From an uncultured Solirubrobacterales bacterium (GTDB lineage: Bacteria; Actinomycetota; Thermoleophilia; Solirubrobacterales; 70-9): DNA of 64,000 nucleotides. Each line of letters begins with the position of its first letter. The stretch's first letter is position 1. The stretch is taken from positions 162,787 through 226,786 of the forward strand of contig CAVUXZ010000014.1 of NCBI GenBank assembly GCA_963745625.1. The letters run 5' to 3'. Shown one piece after another: positions 37,072 to 45,948 of this stretch. Both the position numbers and the translations under genes were made by a program. The notes beneath the pieces are model-generated. The model did no database searches. It saw only the letters and a list, made by a program, of their open reading frames with translations, and was not told where the DNA came from.

Positions 37072-38328
37072 TCACTGGTTGGGCAGGGATGACCCGGCGA
37101 GGAAGAAGAACCACACCTCGAACGCGAGTACGCCCACGACGACGCTGGCCGCGACGATTCTCTCGGGGGCACTCAGTGAGTAGCGGGTTCGCAGGTGCTC
37201 GTCCAGCTCGCCGCGCATGCGGCGTTGCCACGGGGAGGTGCGAGCAAGGGTCGGCGGCCTGCCGACCAGCTCGTCGTACTTCGCGCTCAACCAGGAGAGC
37301 GCCCAGCCGACGAGGAACGCAAGCACGGCAAGGACTGCCAGGACTGTGACGACGCCGGTCAGGCTGAGCACCCGCCCGCCCTGAGCCTGGGACCCGACCC
37401 AGATCGCGAGCAGGGGCGCACCCGTCCAGAGATTCACGGCTGCCAGGGCGGTGGCGATCACGATGGCGACTCTCTTCGCCTTGAGACGGGACGCCGGCGC
37501 CTGCCCGCCGCGCTCGGCGGAGGCGGGCCGAGCGCGCTCCGGGACTGCCGTCAGGGCCGCGAGCTCCTCCTCCGCATCCACGCTCATCCCGGGCGGCAGG
37601 TCCAGCTCGAGGGCGTTGACGCCGCCTGGGACTCCATCAGCGAGCGCCAGCATCTGGTCGGGCGTAACCCATGGGGTATGCACCGCTACCGCGTTCTTCT
37701 TGCCGTCCTGATGCGCCCGGAGCACAGCGATGCAGTCGCGCTTGACGAGCGCAGTGCCCGCAGCGGCAACCTGTGGGGCGGCTAGATCGAGTCCGTAGAC
37801 GGCCTCCGAGCGACGGTAGAGCCCGACGTCGGGGGACGTGATCCAGAGCGCCCAGGAGGGCCCCACGTGGGTGCCAAACCCGGCGAAGCCAAGGATGTGT
37901 CCGTCGGCATCCTTGACGGGAAACATCAGCCGGGATCGGAAGTGGGCGTGGGCACGCCCCCGCACAGACAGGGTCGCGAGTCCGGACGCCACCACTTCTC
38001 GGGTGGAGTAACCGAGATCGCGAAGATGGGTCATCAACTGATCGGGACCAACCGGCGCGTAGCCGACGCCGAAGGCGCGAATGACCTTCTCGTCGAGGCC
38101 CTCATTGGCGAGCACCTCGCGGGCGACCGCGCTGGTTTCGGACTCCCAGAGACAATCCTCAAAGAAGTCGCCGGCATCCGTGAGCAGCGCCTCCAGGCGC
38201 TCCTCCGCCAGCCCGGTGATCCGCGTGTCCTGCCTCGTGGCGATGTACTGATCCTCCCAGACCGGCTTAACGGCCGCGAAAGACCCACGGCCGCTTGACG
38301 ATTTAGACTGCGCGCGGGAGGCGCCCAT
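37072..38328 (-). CDS. DnaG-primase-like protein lacking the zinc finger and TOPRIM catalytic residues, fused to a C-terminal multi-TM domain
   Basis: Colinear with the DnaG catalytic core (AREVLANEGLDEKVIRAFGVGYAP...FRSRLMFPVKDADGHILGFAGF...SPDVGLYRRSEAVYGL). The TOPRIM VEGY position reads VKRD and the DGD position reads LDL. About 3 hydrophobic helices at the C-terminus. Start at 38328 inferred. Confidence 0.6.
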   Translation of the reverse strand: MGASRAQSKSSSGRGSFAAVKPVWEDQYIATRQDTRITGLAEERLEALLTDAGDFFEDCLWESETSAVAREVLANEGLDEKVIRAFGVGYAPVGPDQLMTHLRDLGYSTREVVASGLATLSVRGRAHAHFRSRLMFPVKDADGHILGFAGFGTHVGPSWALWITSPDVGLYRRSEAVYGLDLAAPQVAAAGTALVKRDCIAVLRAHQDGKKNAVAVHTPWVTPDQMLALADGVPGGVNALELDLPPGMSVDAEEELAALTAVPERARPASAERGGQAPASRLKAKRVAIVIATALAAVNLWTGAPLLAIWVGSQAQGGRVLSLTGVVTVLAVLAVLAFLVGWALSWLSAKYDELVGRPPTLARTSPWQRRMRGELDEHLRTRYSLSAPERIVAASVVVGVLAFEVWFFFLAGSSLPNQ

Positions 38329-38343
38329 AGAGGGGAGGCTTCT

Positions 38344-39681
38344 GTGAGTCGAGCAGCGGTTCTGAGAGGGCGGCGGGGGATCGTCACGGGTGTTGCGCTC
38401 GTAGCCCTGGCCCTGCCCGCCCAGTCGCTCGCGACCCGCTACGCCGCCCCGAGCGGCAGCTCTGCCGACGACTGCCACTCGGTTGCGACGGCGTGCGACC
38501 TGAAGACCGCGATCCAGGGAAACGGTCCGAACCTGCCCAGCGCCGGGGAGGAGGTGATCGTCGAGCCGGGGAACTACTCCTTCTCGGATTTCGTCATGCA
38601 GGGTGCTCCGAACCTGAACATTCACGGGGTGCTCACCCAGCCCCGGCCGGTGGTCAACCAGTCCGATCCGTTGGCCCAGCTGCAGATCTCGAGTGGCTCG
38701 ATCAGCTACCTCGACTTCGAGGCGGGGACCACGAACCTCGTGAACCTGAGCGGGGGATTGATGGAGCGAGTCGTGATGCACTCCGCCTCGAATGGGAACT
38801 TCGGCTGTCAGTGCTACGGCGGTTTGATACGCGACAGCGTTTTCGTCTCCAGCGGTCCGACCGCAGCCCTGGGTGTCACCTCAAACGGCGGTACGTCCGC
38901 GTTGACCCTCAGGGATGTCACGGCCATCGCGACGAACCCGGCCGCCGCCGCGATCACGGTCAGCCACCAGGCGCCCGGCTCCGTGACGTTTGACGCCTAC
39001 AACGCGATCGCACGGAACACCGCGGGGGGAAGCGACGTATCAGCATTCGGGCCGAGCGCGACGATCACCTTTCACCACTCGAACTATGCGACCTCGACTC
39101 AGACGAGCGGAGGTGTGATCCAGGATGCTCCAGGCGACCCGCACCAAGGCACAGCCCCGCAATTCGCCAACGGCGCGGGCGGGGACTTCAGCGAGAGCGC
39201 CGGATCGCCGACCATCGACGCGGGCCTCTCTGACCCTCTCAACGGACCACTCGATTTCGCCGGCAACCCACGGGCGTTTGGGGGAGGAACCGACATCGGC
39301 GCCTACGAGTTCATGCCGCCGACCACGTTCAGCCTCGGCGCAACCAGGGTGAAGATCAAGCACTCGGGCAACGGTCAGCTGCCGCTCTCCTGCACGACGC
39401 CGGCACCCGATCGGTGTGTGGCCGCCGGTGTCGTAACTGCCAGCAGCTCGAAGAAGAATGCGCGATCCTCGAAGACGGTCACCATCGGGCAGGTCGCCGG
39501 GACAGTCGTCAGCGGAGCCACCGGAGCATTGACGGTCCAGCTCTCCAAGAAGGGGCGAAAGGCGCTGTTCGCCAGGGGCAAGATGGCGGCGACCCTCTCC
39601 GGCATCGTCGCGAACTCGATCGGGACCACGGCGCCGCTCAGCGCCCCGCTGGTCCTGAAGCCAAAGGCGCGCAGGAACTAA
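38344..39681 (+). CDS. secreted right-handed beta-helix protein (choice-of-anchor-Q-like)
   Basis: Signal peptide. RYAAPSGSSADDCHSVATACDLKTAI start typical of parallel beta-helix proteins, GGTDIGAYEF motif and a basic Ig-like tail. Confidence 0.6.
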   Translation: MSRAAVLRGRRGIVTGVALVALALPAQSLATRYAAPSGSSADDCHSVATACDLKTAIQGNGPNLPSAGEEVIVEPGNYSFSDFVMQGAPNLNIHGVLTQPRPVVNQSDPLAQLQISSGSISYLDFEAGTTNLVNLSGGLMERVVMHSASNGNFGCQCYGGLIRDSVFVSSGPTAALGVTSNGGTSALTLRDVTAIATNPAAAAITVSHQAPGSVTFDAYNAIARNTAGGSDVSAFGPSATITFHHSNYATSTQTSGGVIQDAPGDPHQGTAPQFANGAGGDFSESAGSPTIDAGLSDPLNGPLDFAGNPRAFGGGTDIGAYEFMPPTTFSLGATRVKIKHSGNGQLPLSCTTPAPDRCVAAGVVTASSSKKNARSSKTVTIGQVAGTVVSGATGALTVQLSKKGRKALFARGKMAATLSGIVANSIGTTAPLSAPLVLKPKARRN

Positions 39682-39694
39682 TTGGGTTTCGCCG

Positions 39695-40819
39695 ATGCTT
39701 CCTGTCGGCGATCCTGAGTACATCACCGACGACGTCGACATCACGGTCCTGACTCCCCCATCGGAGAACCTGCCGCAGGAGTTCCAGTCGAGCAACCTGC
39801 GACGGCGCGCCCTGCAGGCGATCGCGGCACTTGTGGTGCTGGTCGCGATCTTCCTGCTCGCTCCCGGGCTCGGGGAGGTGCGGGATCTGTTGGTCAGGGC
39901 CAAACCGGGATGGCTGCTGGCGGCGCTCGCGCTCGAGGCGCTCTCGTTCGTCTCCTACTTCGTCATGTTCGGGCCTGTCTTCTGCACCGGGCTGAGCCGG
40001 CGACGCAGTTGGCAGATCGCCGGTTCCGAGCTCGCCATGGGCTCGCTGGTCCCGGCGAGCGGAGCCGGCGGGTTGGCCCTCGGCGCCTGGGTGCTCCACC
40101 GCGGCGGCATGGATGGGAAGCGGATCGCGCGGCGCTCCGTCGCCTTCTTCCTGATCAAGAGCGGGGTGAACTTCCTCGCGGTCGCCCTACTCGGCGCGGT
40201 GCTTGCGGCCGGTCTGCTCGGCCCGGACCTGTCGCTCTGGCTCACCGCCCTCCCCGCCGCCCTGGCGGCGCTCAGCATCGTTGCAGTGGCGGTTCTTCCC
40301 CGCTTGGGGCCGGGCGAGTTGCCCGAGGCGGACGCCTCGCGTACGCGCCGGGGAATCAGCGCCACGCGGGTGGCGATCGTCGACGGAGTGGCCGAGGCTC
40401 GGCAGATACTGCGGTCAGGGCATCCGGGCGTCATCGCCGGATCGGTCGGCTACTGGGCCTTCGACAACGCCGTCCTCTGGGCGACGTTCCACGCCTTCGG
40501 CGCTTCGCCCCCGATCACCGTGATCCTGATGGGCTACCTGATCGGCCAGCTCGGGGGCGCGTTGCCCGTCCCGGGCGGAATCGGCGGCATCGACCTCGGG
40601 CTGATCGGGGCGCTGATCGTCTACGGGGCGGCGGCGGCCCCAACCGCGGCGGCCGTCCTCGCCTACCGGATCATCCTGTTCTGGCTGCCACTGATCGTCG
40701 GCGGCATCGCCTTCGAGGGGCTGCGTCGCGACATGCCGAGCGGCGACGAGTTCTCGGCGTGTGCGCCCGCGATCGCATTGCAGTCGGTTCGGCTCCCGGC
40801 TTCAGCCGCGTCGCGCTAG
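39695..40819 (+). CDS. flippase-like membrane protein (LPG-synthase TM domain / UPF0104 family)
   Basis: Eight or more TM helices with the family pattern ...LLAALALEALSFVSYFVMF...GSLVPASGAGGLALG.... Confidence 0.65.
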   Translation: MLPVGDPEYITDDVDITVLTPPSENLPQEFQSSNLRRRALQAIAALVVLVAIFLLAPGLGEVRDLLVRAKPGWLLAALALEALSFVSYFVMFGPVFCTGLSRRRSWQIAGSELAMGSLVPASGAGGLALGAWVLHRGGMDGKRIARRSVAFFLIKSGVNFLAVALLGAVLAAGLLGPDLSLWLTALPAALAALSIVAVAVLPRLGPGELPEADASRTRRGISATRVAIVDGVAEARQILRSGHPGVIAGSVGYWAFDNAVLWATFHAFGASPPITVILMGYLIGQLGGALPVPGGIGGIDLGLIGALIVYGAAAAPTAAAVLAYRIILFWLPLIVGGIAFEGLRRDMPSGDEFSACAPAIALQSVRLPASAASR

Positions 40820-41000
40820 ACGGGCAGCTTCTTCGCCTTGGCCTTGCAGTTCTTGCGGGCCTTGGCAGACTTCTTCTTGCACTTCTTGAGGGCTGCGGCG
40901 CCCTGGCCCGTGGGGCCTGCGACCGGGAACTTCACGCGTCGATGGTGGCGCCCTCCGCTGGGCCGGATGTGAAGGTGACGGAGGGGCCCGTCGCGTCCAC
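40816..41000 (-). pseudogene. relic of a secreted-protein gene (Ig-like fragment + Lys/Cys-rich tail) with a frame break at 40932-40935
   Basis: VDATGPSVTFTSGPAEGATIDA* in one frame, immediately followed in another by VKFPVAGPTGQGAAALKKCKKKSAKARKNCKAKAKKLPV*. No plausible N-terminus, because upstream it runs antisense into the next gene. Confidence 0.3.
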
Positions 41001-41030
41001 CGTGAATGAATGGGAGAAACTGCGCCGGTC

Positions 41031-42695
41031 ATGCGTCCAGTGCTCCTCGCCCTGATCGCCGCCGCCCTGCTCGTGGCGGCCCCGGCGGCGCGGGCCTGTG
41101 ACTCCGGCTCCTTCGATCCCGCCGATCAGCCTCCCTTCGGGGGGCAGACGATGACGCTGTCGCGGTCGCTCGCCCCCGGCGCCCGGGTTCCAGGTTTCCG
41201 GCTCACCTCCGGTCAGGCGACGGCGATCGCCACCGAGGCTCTCACCCCGCGCGGATCCGTCCGCCGCTTCGAGACGCGCACGCGCACGGGCCCCGGCCTT
41301 CCGCGGCAGTGGCAGGTCGACTACTTCGACGGGGAGGGAAACGACATCGGCCAGGTGGTCATCGGCGACGCGGGCCGCTGCGTACTCGAGAGGTGGACCG
41401 GGACGCAGGTCGACACCAAGCTCGCCCGCGGGTATCGGGGTGCCGTCTCCGGCAAGGCGAGCAGCTGGTGGATCTGGCTGCCCCTCTGCGCCCTCTTCCT
41501 CGTTCCGTTCGTCGATCCGAGGCGGCCGCTCCGGCTGATCCATCTGGACCTGCTGGCGTTGCTCGGCTTCAGCGTCTCCCTCGCCTTCTTCAACCACGCG
41601 AAGATCGGCGCCTCGGTGGCGCTGATCTACCCGGTGCTGGCCTACGTCTTCCTGCGGATGCTCGTCGCCGGCATGCGGCCCACCGAGAAGCGCGAGCGAC
41701 TGCTGCCGCTCGCGCCTCGGAGCTGGCTTGTGGCGGGCATCGTCACGCTCGTCGCTTTCCACACCACCTACATCGCCACCGAGGGCAAGGTCATCGACGT
41801 CGGCCTCGCCGGGGTGATCGGCGCTGACCGGTTGGTGAAGGGCGACGACGTCTACGGCCAAGGCGCGTCCTCCGGGATGCCGATCCGGGGCGACGTCTAC
41901 GGCCCGGTCAATTACCTGGCCTATGTGCCCTTCGAGCAGGCGTTTCCGTGGAGCGGCCGCTGGGACGAGGTCTCGGCTGCGCGGGCGGCTGCCCTCGGTT
42001 TCGAGCTGCTCACCGCCCTGGCCCTGTTCGCGCTCGGGCGCCGGATCCGAGTCGGGCCGGAGGGGCAGACCCTGGGCATCGCACTCGCCTACGCCTGGCT
42101 CGCCTTCCCGTTCACGCTCTACACGCTCGCGTCGAGCTTCAACGACGGCCTGGTCGCGTTTCTGGTCGTCTGCTGCCTGCTTGTGCTCGCCTCGCCGCCG
42201 GCCCGTGGCGCGATGTCAGCGTTGGCGGGGCTCACCAAGTTCGGCCCGCTCATCCTGACGCCCCTGTTCGCCGCCGGTCACGGGGAGCGGAGGGCCCGGC
42301 CGCTGATCGCTTTCGCTGTCGGGTTCCTGGCAACCGCCGTGATCGTCACCATCCCGCTGCTGCCCGATGGCGGGTTCCGCGAGCTCTATGACCGCTCGCT
42401 CGGCTACCAGGCCTCGCGCGGTTCGCCGTTCAGCGTCTGGGGGCAGGCGCCGTCGCTCCACTTCCTGCAGACGGTCAGCAAGGTGTTCGCCGTCGGCCTG
42501 GCGGCCCTGTTCTTCTTCGTCCCCGAGCGGCGCAGCACCGTCCAGGTCGCGGCGCTCGCCGCGGCGCTCCTGATCGCGGTCCAGGTGACGGCGAACCACT
42601 GGTTCTACCCCTACGTGATCTGGTTCGCCCCGCTCGTCCTGGTGGTCGTGTTCGCACGCCAGCGCGGCCCGGAGCCGTCGATCCGGAGGCGCTGA
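41031..42695 (+). CDS. membrane protein with an N-terminal PepSY-like domain and a DUF2029/GT-C-like polytopic domain
   Basis: Signal/anchor MRPVLLALIAAALLVAAPAARA, PepSY-like QWQVDYFDGEGNDIGQVVIGDAGRCVLERW, then ~10 TM helices with a loop VIDVGLAGVIGADRLVKGDDVYG. Function is inferred only. Confidence 0.45.
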   Translation: MRPVLLALIAAALLVAAPAARACDSGSFDPADQPPFGGQTMTLSRSLAPGARVPGFRLTSGQATAIATEALTPRGSVRRFETRTRTGPGLPRQWQVDYFDGEGNDIGQVVIGDAGRCVLERWTGTQVDTKLARGYRGAVSGKASSWWIWLPLCALFLVPFVDPRRPLRLIHLDLLALLGFSVSLAFFNHAKIGASVALIYPVLAYVFLRMLVAGMRPTEKRERLLPLAPRSWLVAGIVTLVAFHTTYIATEGKVIDVGLAGVIGADRLVKGDDVYGQGASSGMPIRGDVYGPVNYLAYVPFEQAFPWSGRWDEVSAARAAALGFELLTALALFALGRRIRVGPEGQTLGIALAYAWLAFPFTLYTLASSFNDGLVAFLVVCCLLVLASPPARGAMSALAGLTKFGPLILTPLFAAGHGERRARPLIAFAVGFLATAVIVTIPLLPDGGFRELYDRSLGYQASRGSPFSVWGQAPSLHFLQTVSKVFAVGLAALFFFVPERRSTVQVAALAAALLIAVQVTANHWFYPYVIWFAPLVLVVVFARQRGPEPSIRRR

Positions 42696-42728
42696 GGCCG
42701 AGGCGATGCGCCGTGAATGGCCAGGCGC

Positions 42729-43262
42729 CTAGAGGGCGCCGCCGGCGGTCGGCGGCATGGCGGGGTCGTCGCCCTGGTCGCCGATCTGCTCACGTACCAG
42801 GAAATCCTCGATCAGCAACGGGCTCTCCTTGGCCTGCTCGCAGACGTTGAGCAGGTCCATCATCGAAGAGACCTCCTCGACCTGCTCCTTGACGAACCAG
42901 GCGAGGAACTGCTCACCGCGGAAGTCGCCCTGGTCGCGCGCGAGCTTGAAGAGATCGTTGATCTCGTCGCTGACCCGCTTCTCCTGCTCGAGCGCCATCT
43001 TGACCGGCCCTGAGACGTCGTCGTAACGCGTCTGTTGCGACTTGATGTCCGGGATCCGCACCTCCTCGTCGGTGTCGAGCAGGTACTGGACCATGCTCAT
43101 GGCGTGGTTCCGCTCCTCGACGGCCTGGCGGTAGAAGAAGGCGGCGAGGCGAGGAAGGGTCTCGGAGTCGTAGTAGACCGCGGCCCCGATGTACTGCTGC
43201 GAGGCGGCGAACTCGTTCGAGACTTGCGCGTTGAGTGCGTCGGCGAAGCTCTGATCAGCCAT
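42729..43262 (-). CDS. ferritin (non-haem, Ftn/BfrB-like)
   Basis: NAQVSNEFAASQQY...EERNHAMSMVQYL...EQEKRVS...FLAWFVKEQVEE ferroxidase-centre pattern. Confidence 0.9.
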   Translation of the reverse strand: MADQSFADALNAQVSNEFAASQQYIGAAVYYDSETLPRLAAFFYRQAVEERNHAMSMVQYLLDTDEEVRIPDIKSQQTRYDDVSGPVKMALEQEKRVSDEINDLFKLARDQGDFRGEQFLAWFVKEQVEEVSSMMDLLNVCEQAKESPLLIEDFLVREQIGDQGDDPAMPPTAGGAL

Positions 43263-43377
43263 GGCTGGAGCCTATCCGGCAATGCCTCTCGAGGTAGCTC
43301 CCCCGCACAGCGCGAGGGGGTTGACCGGGTCCATCCCCTGATTGAGAATTGATGGCGGAACCGGAGAGAGGAGAGAG

Positions 43378-43731
43378 ATGGGGACCGCCAAGGACGTGTA
43401 CGTGGTCGATCGCGTCGATACGGACGGCTATGAGCCGGACATGATCGATGGGATCCAGGTGGGAGAGTTTCACCAGATCGAGTCCGCCGGCGGCGAGCGG
43501 GCCGACAAGCTCGATGCGAGCATCTGGCGCTCGGATCCCGCCACCTACGACTACCTGTTCGAGGCAGACGAGGCGTTCCATGTCGTCGAAGGCGCGGCCA
43601 CAGTCGAGCTCTTGGACAGTGGAGAATCGATCGAACTGCGGGCCGGAGACGTCGCCTACTTCAACGCGGGCACGCGATCGGTCTGGAAGATCACGCAGCC
43701 CTTCAAGAAGTTCACCGTCATAGCCAACTGA
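43378..43731 (+). CDS. cupin domain protein (cupin_3 / DUF861-like)
   Basis: IWRSDPATYDYLFEADEAFHVVEGAATVEL..GDVAYFNAGTRSVWKI. GGAGAGAGGAGAGAG RBS before the ATG at 43378. Confidence 0.7.
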   Translation: MGTAKDVYVVDRVDTDGYEPDMIDGIQVGEFHQIESAGGERADKLDASIWRSDPATYDYLFEADEAFHVVEGAATVELLDSGESIELRAGDVAYFNAGTRSVWKITQPFKKFTVIAN

Positions 43732-43768
43732 GCAATCTCCGCCACGGGCAGCAGGCTTTCTGGCTCAA

Positions 43769-44929
43769 CTACTTGCCCCAGCGGAATCCGGTCTCCGAGG
43801 GCATCGCCTCCAGCGGGCTCGACGGGAGACCGGGCTCGGTGCCGGCGGTGTTGTAGCCGGAGGGGGCCACGTCGTTGGGCGTGTCCGGATGGAAGAGGGA
43901 GGCGAGATACTGGATGTGCCCGCGGCCCGGGCCGAGCTCCCACTGCCCGCCACCGTAGGCGCCGATCCCCTCCTCGTCGCAGTAGTCGTAGGCCGCGAAC
44001 AGGGCGCTGAGCGGGCCGAAGCGCGACGGTTTGATGTTGACCATCTTCGGGGGCCACGGCTGGGAGCGGATGTCGTCGACGGAGTGGATCGGCGCGTCCC
44101 AGGTGATGCGGCCGGCGACCGGGTCGAGGATCGGCTTGGTCTCGTCATTGACATCCGGATCCTCGAGCCAGGCCTTCGGGAACGCCTCGATCAGCTTCCG
44201 GTAGAGCTCGGGATCGGTGTCGACGTCGACCGGGGTGCCCTTGTACTGACCCTTCAGGTCGAGCGAGTCGACAGCGCCGGTGTCGACCAGCTGCTCGATC
44301 AGCTTGCCGCTCCAGTCGTTGGTCGGATCGAGCTTGAAGCGCAGGTTGGGATAGATCTCGAGCCGCCGGCGGACGGGCTCGATGGTGGAAACCTCGTCAG
44401 AGCCCGGCGGGGTCAGCCGCATCGAGACGACGAAGGTGACCGACCGAGGCTCCCGCCCGACCACCTCGTGGAGGGACTTACCGGCCTGGCGCAGCGCGAG
44501 GTCCAGGGCGGCGCTCTCGAATGCCCAGCGGCGGTAGTTGACCGAGACCTCGCGCTCCGGAGGGCTCGGGAACAGGTCCAACCCCTCGAGCAGCTCCGAG
44601 AAGGAGGCGATCGTGTGCTGACCGGCGACCTCGAGGGACTGCCCCGCGTCCTGGAAGGCGATGTGATCGAGTGAGTCGTAGACGACGTCCTCGCCCAGCC
44701 CCTCCTGGTTGCCGCCCTTCAGGTGGATGATCGTCGTCAGCCGGTCGAAGTCCGTGCCGGGCGGGTGGAACTCGAGGCCCTGGAGCTCGTAGGAGTCGAT
44801 CTGGAGCGGCAGGTCCTTGATCTGGTCGTAGCTGGCCACGGCGGCGGACACTACCGACCGCTTGATCCCAGCTCGCCCGAGTCCGTAACGATTGAGCCAC
44901 CGCCAGACGAAGGCGTTCTGCGCTCGCAC
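43769..44929 (-). CDS. enolase-superfamily-like (MR/MLE barrel) protein, divergent
   Basis: Spacing of RFKLDPT, SLDLKG, WLEDPD, NIKPSRFG is reminiscent of MLE/OSBS-type barrels. The assignment is weak and the start uncertain. Confidence 0.4.
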   Translation of the reverse strand: MRAQNAFVWRWLNRYGLGRAGIKRSVVSAAVASYDQIKDLPLQIDSYELQGLEFHPPGTDFDRLTTIIHLKGGNQEGLGEDVVYDSLDHIAFQDAGQSLEVAGQHTIASFSELLEGLDLFPSPPEREVSVNYRRWAFESAALDLALRQAGKSLHEVVGREPRSVTFVVSMRLTPPGSDEVSTIEPVRRRLEIYPNLRFKLDPTNDWSGKLIEQLVDTGAVDSLDLKGQYKGTPVDVDTDPELYRKLIEAFPKAWLEDPDVNDETKPILDPVAGRITWDAPIHSVDDIRSQPWPPKMVNIKPSRFGPLSALFAAYDYCDEEGIGAYGGGQWELGPGRGHIQYLASLFHPDTPNDVAPSGYNTAGTEPGLPSSPLEAMPSETGFRWGK

Positions 44930-44958
44930 CCTCCCTCCCGCGAGATACTGCGTGGGCG

Positions 44959-45354
44959 ATGTCGGAGGAGAACGTCGACCGGATGCGTCAGTCGCAGGCC
45001 GCCTTCGAACGCGGCGATAAGGACGCCTGGTGCGCCCTCGTTCATCCCGACGTCGAGGTCGTGCCCATAGGCGACTGGCCGGAAGGAGACATCCAGGGAC
45101 GCGATGCGGTGTGGGACTTCTTCGTGACCGTCGATGAGCAATGGGAGCCCGGTACCTATGAGCTTGACGAGGTCAGTGATGGCGGCGACCGGATCGCAGC
45201 TCGCATGCGCCGACACCTGCGTGGCAAGTCCAGCGGCGTCGAGGTTGAATACGACTACTGGGTTGTCTTCACCTTCCGAGACGGGATGTTCGCTCGGGCT
45301 GAGTGGTTCGACGATCGCCAGGAAGCCCTCGAAGCCGCCGGGCTGTCGGAGTAG
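44959..45354 (+). CDS. SnoaL-like / NTF2-fold protein
   Basis: VDRMRQSQAAFERGDKDAW...VVFTFRDGMFARAEWFDDRQEALEAAGL. Same fold pattern as 6455-6874. Confidence 0.7.
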   Translation: MSEENVDRMRQSQAAFERGDKDAWCALVHPDVEVVPIGDWPEGDIQGRDAVWDFFVTVDEQWEPGTYELDEVSDGGDRIAARMRRHLRGKSSGVEVEYDYWVVFTFRDGMFARAEWFDDRQEALEAAGLSE

Positions 45355-45435
45355 GGCCGCGCCCATCAGCCCACCTCAATGCGCTTGACGGTGACGGGCG
45401 GTTGCGCCCAGAACGTCCAACGAGAGGAGGAGGAA

Positions 45436-45854
45436 ATGGCTGAGTCACTCGGCGCCGACGCTGGCGTCGGCCTGAAGGCGCTTGGCATCGACTGCACGCT
45501 GAAGAAGTCGCCCGAGGAATCCGAACACGGAAGCGCTGATGAACCGCGTCCTCGGGATCCTGGCCGAGCACGGCGTCGAGGCCGAGCTGCTGCGGCCGGT
45601 CGACTACGACGTCAAGTTCGGCGTCAGCTCCGGATGAGGGCGATGGCGACGAGTGGCCGCAGATCTTGGAGAGGGTGAAGGCCGCGGACATCCTCCTGAT
45701 CGGCATGTCGATCTGGTTCGGGGTTCGCTCCTCGGTCTGCCAGATGGTGATCGAGCGGCTCGACGGGACCTACAACGAGCGCAACGAGCTCGGCCAGTAC
45801 CCGCTATAGGACAAGGTTGCGGGCGTGGTCGTGACCGGGAATGAGGACGGCGCC
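45436..45854 (+). pseudogene. decayed flavodoxin-like / NADPH-dependent FMN reductase family gene
   Basis: The family-like sequence is spread over three frames: MAESLG..KALGIDCTLKKSPEES | NTEALMNRVLGILAEHGVEAELLRPVDYDVKFGVSS | DEGDGDEWPQILERVKAADILLIGMSIWFGVRSSVCQMVIERLDG...QYPL*DKVAGVVVTGNEDGA. Extra G near 45523 and 45632-45637, in-frame TAG at 45807-45809, and the 3' half is missing. Confidence 0.7.
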
Positions 45855-45948
45855 CCGTGCACACGGGGTAGGGACGTCAAGCCGCCGAGCGCTCCTCCTC
45901 AATATGCTTTGCGGTCCCCAGGGACCTAGGCCAAGGAGAGGCGAGGGA

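Noticed and set aside
43325-43350. AT-rich ATTGA-GA-ATTGA direct repeat between the ferritin and cupin genes as an iron box
   Set aside because: Too short, and it does not resemble the IdeR (TTAGGTTAGGCTAACCTAA) or Fur consensus.
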